Positions 61,998 to 64,000 of a stretch of 64,000 nt of DNA are shown one piece after another. Both the position numbers and the translations under genes were made by a program. Positions within the stretch are counted from its first letter, which is position 1. Each line of letters begins with the position of its first letter. The stretch is from assembly GCF_009914755.1 (NCBI RefSeq), contig NC_060925.1; one strand, given 5' to 3'. The notes under the pieces were generated by a model. It ran no database searches. It saw only the letters and a program-made list of their open reading frames with translations, and was not told the DNA's origin. Source of the DNA: the human T2T-CHM13v2.0 reference genome, Homo sapiens.

Positions 61998-62974
61998 ATC
62001 GTTCCTCCTAATAAAGCTAAGGTAAACTATATGTAAGCATTACCTATAATTATTCTGAATTCCAAATTAAATGAATCCAAACTAACATAGATTTTTCTGT
62101 ACACGAGTTCTCCAAAGAGAAATGCAAATATTACAGTTTAGCAAAGACTTTAAACTAACAACCTTGAAAGAGGAGACAAGTGGAAAAGGGTTAAAGGCAA
62201 AATTGTTTCTGCCCCAGGAGGAATCTGCTCACACTCTTTGAAGCAGAAAATACAGTGACTTTGCTGTGAGTTGTAAAACACTTTAAAGTTAGGTCATGAG
62301 AAGCACTGTGAAGAAAAAGTGTGTTTGTTTTGTTTCTTAGAGATGTGGTTTTCCTGGTGGCTTCTCCTAGAACAGTATTCTTTTCTCCAAAATAATGGTT
62401 TATTCCAAAAGAATAATAAATAATCTATATGTGGTACAAAGAATTCTTAACACACATTATCTTATTTAATCCTCACAAATGTCAACAGGATTACCATCTC
62501 TGTTTTATTTGTAGACTCAGGAAGACTAAGTAAATTTTCTAAGTTCAGCACACCCAGTTAAGAGCAGACCCAGACATTGAAACTGTATCTTTCAATGTGA
62601 AGTCAAAATACTTCCACACTCCACCATATTGCCATTGCAAATAGCAACTAATAAATAGCTCCCTGCATCATGAAGTGAACCCACAGTAACTAAAACACAG
62701 TCATGGGAATTTACTGGGTTGAGCTTTTGCCAAAGCCTGAAGCACCACAAGGAATTCTAGAGACATAGCAGAGAGTTACAGGTTTAGAGAAAACAGCAGG
62801 AGCACCTAACAGGAGAGAAAGCACAGTTTTGCAGACCCACAGCAAGAAGAAAGTGGCCAGGAGAGAATGTAATGTGGACCACAGAATGCAGAAAGAGTGG
62901 AGAGGAGAAATTTCAGGAGAAATGACACTCCAGGGGCTGAAGAGTGATGCAAAAGATAAAAGAATAATCACACA

Positions 62975-63400
62975 ATAGCTAATGGTATGACAACATCAAC
63001 AAATAAACATTTAGCCTGCATCTATAATACGCACTTCATATGTGTTACCTCCCAATACACTATGAAGTCAGTATCGACATTGACCCTATGTCCAGAACAG
63101 AAAACTAGACACGGAGGGATCATTCTTCCTAATAAAGCTAAGGTAAACTATATATTTTTTGGCTATCGAATTCTGGGTTGACAATCTTTTTTCTTTGGCC
63201 CTAAAGATGTCATTCTTCTGACTTCTGCCTCCATTGTTTCTGATCACAGGTCAGCAGTCATTCACATTGTTGTTCCTTGGGCTCATTTCAAGACATTCTC
63301 TAGCTTGTAATCACACAGATCACACAGCTTGTAAGAGATGATGCAGTATTTAGAGCAGGTCTGGCTGAGTCCAGAATCCACTCTTCCAGCGACTCTGAGA
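62975..63400 (-). mobile_element. MIR split by a ~200-bp non-MIR insertion
   Basis: Left half ends ...AGAAAACTAGACACGGAGGG; right half starts ATCACACAGCTTGTAAG...AGGTCTGGCTGAGTCCAGA. Confidence 0.7.
63119..63318 (+). repeat. Composite local duplication (copies of 61998-62032 and 61051-61201 plus junction snippets)
   Basis: Manual alignment gives 33/35 and 146/151 identity. Confidence 0.93.
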
Positions 63401-64000
63401 ACTTGGAATAGTGTGTAACAGCATCCTGGGAGTAGGATAGCTGGGCATGGAGCAAATCACAGAGCAAGGCTGTACATTCATGACTGGGAACAAGAAGAAA
63501 GCAAATGAGACCAAAGAGGCAGGAGAGCAAGAAACCAGGGACACATAAACAGCATTGATAAGCTGATCTCTTCATTCCTGACAAAAGCTATTAGCAGAAG
63601 CAGATGTTAAAAAAAAAGAAAAAGTAATTTCAAGTCTGGAATGACTGAAACATCTTCAGTAGAGATATTGCTAACTTTGCCCAGAGTATGACTCTCTCCA
63701 ATAATATCATTTTAATTTAGATTTGCAGTGAAACAATCCTATCAGATATTATCGAAAGCAGTAATGGTATTTAGCAGTTGCACATTCCTTTTACAGTTTT
63801 CAAAGAGGCTTCGCACACATAATACATTTGGTTCTCAGAAATTCTGTGATGATGTTATTGATGCTTCAAGTTTTTTGATAAGTAAATAATAATCATCCTA
63901 ATTAGGCATAAGAGTGTGGGGGAAAGAGGCATTAGACTGACTGAGATTCACATCATGGGCAGAGCCTGACATTATTAGTTTATGACATTGGGTGAGTTAA

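Overview
Human (primate) genomic DNA. A CpG island at about 11.4-13.5 kb holds the promoter and first coding exon of PLD5 (inactive phospholipase D5) on the minus strand: ATG at 12263, 63 codons, phase-0 GT donor at 12074. Bases 1-12074 are intron 1. The remaining ~50 kb upstream has no recognisable coding exons and is dominated by interspersed repeats: about 25 Alus, old L1 and L2 fragments, MIRs, MaLR/ERVL solo LTRs, hAT and Tigger DNA transposons, and microsatellites. I see no evidence for a novel multi-gene system; nearly all listed ORFs are repeat or GC artefacts. The most notable signals are: (1) a complex ~200-bp templated insertion inside a MIR, built from two nearby donor segments plus shuffled junction snippets, consistent with Pol-theta/MMBIR-type repair, and several other local duplication scars; (2) an out-of-frame uAUG 8 nt upstream of the PLD5 start that opens an overlapping uORF; (3) an old ERVL-type LTR that retains CpGs and promoter motifs. 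Repeat subfamily names come from recalled consensus sequences, and repeat boundaries are approximate.
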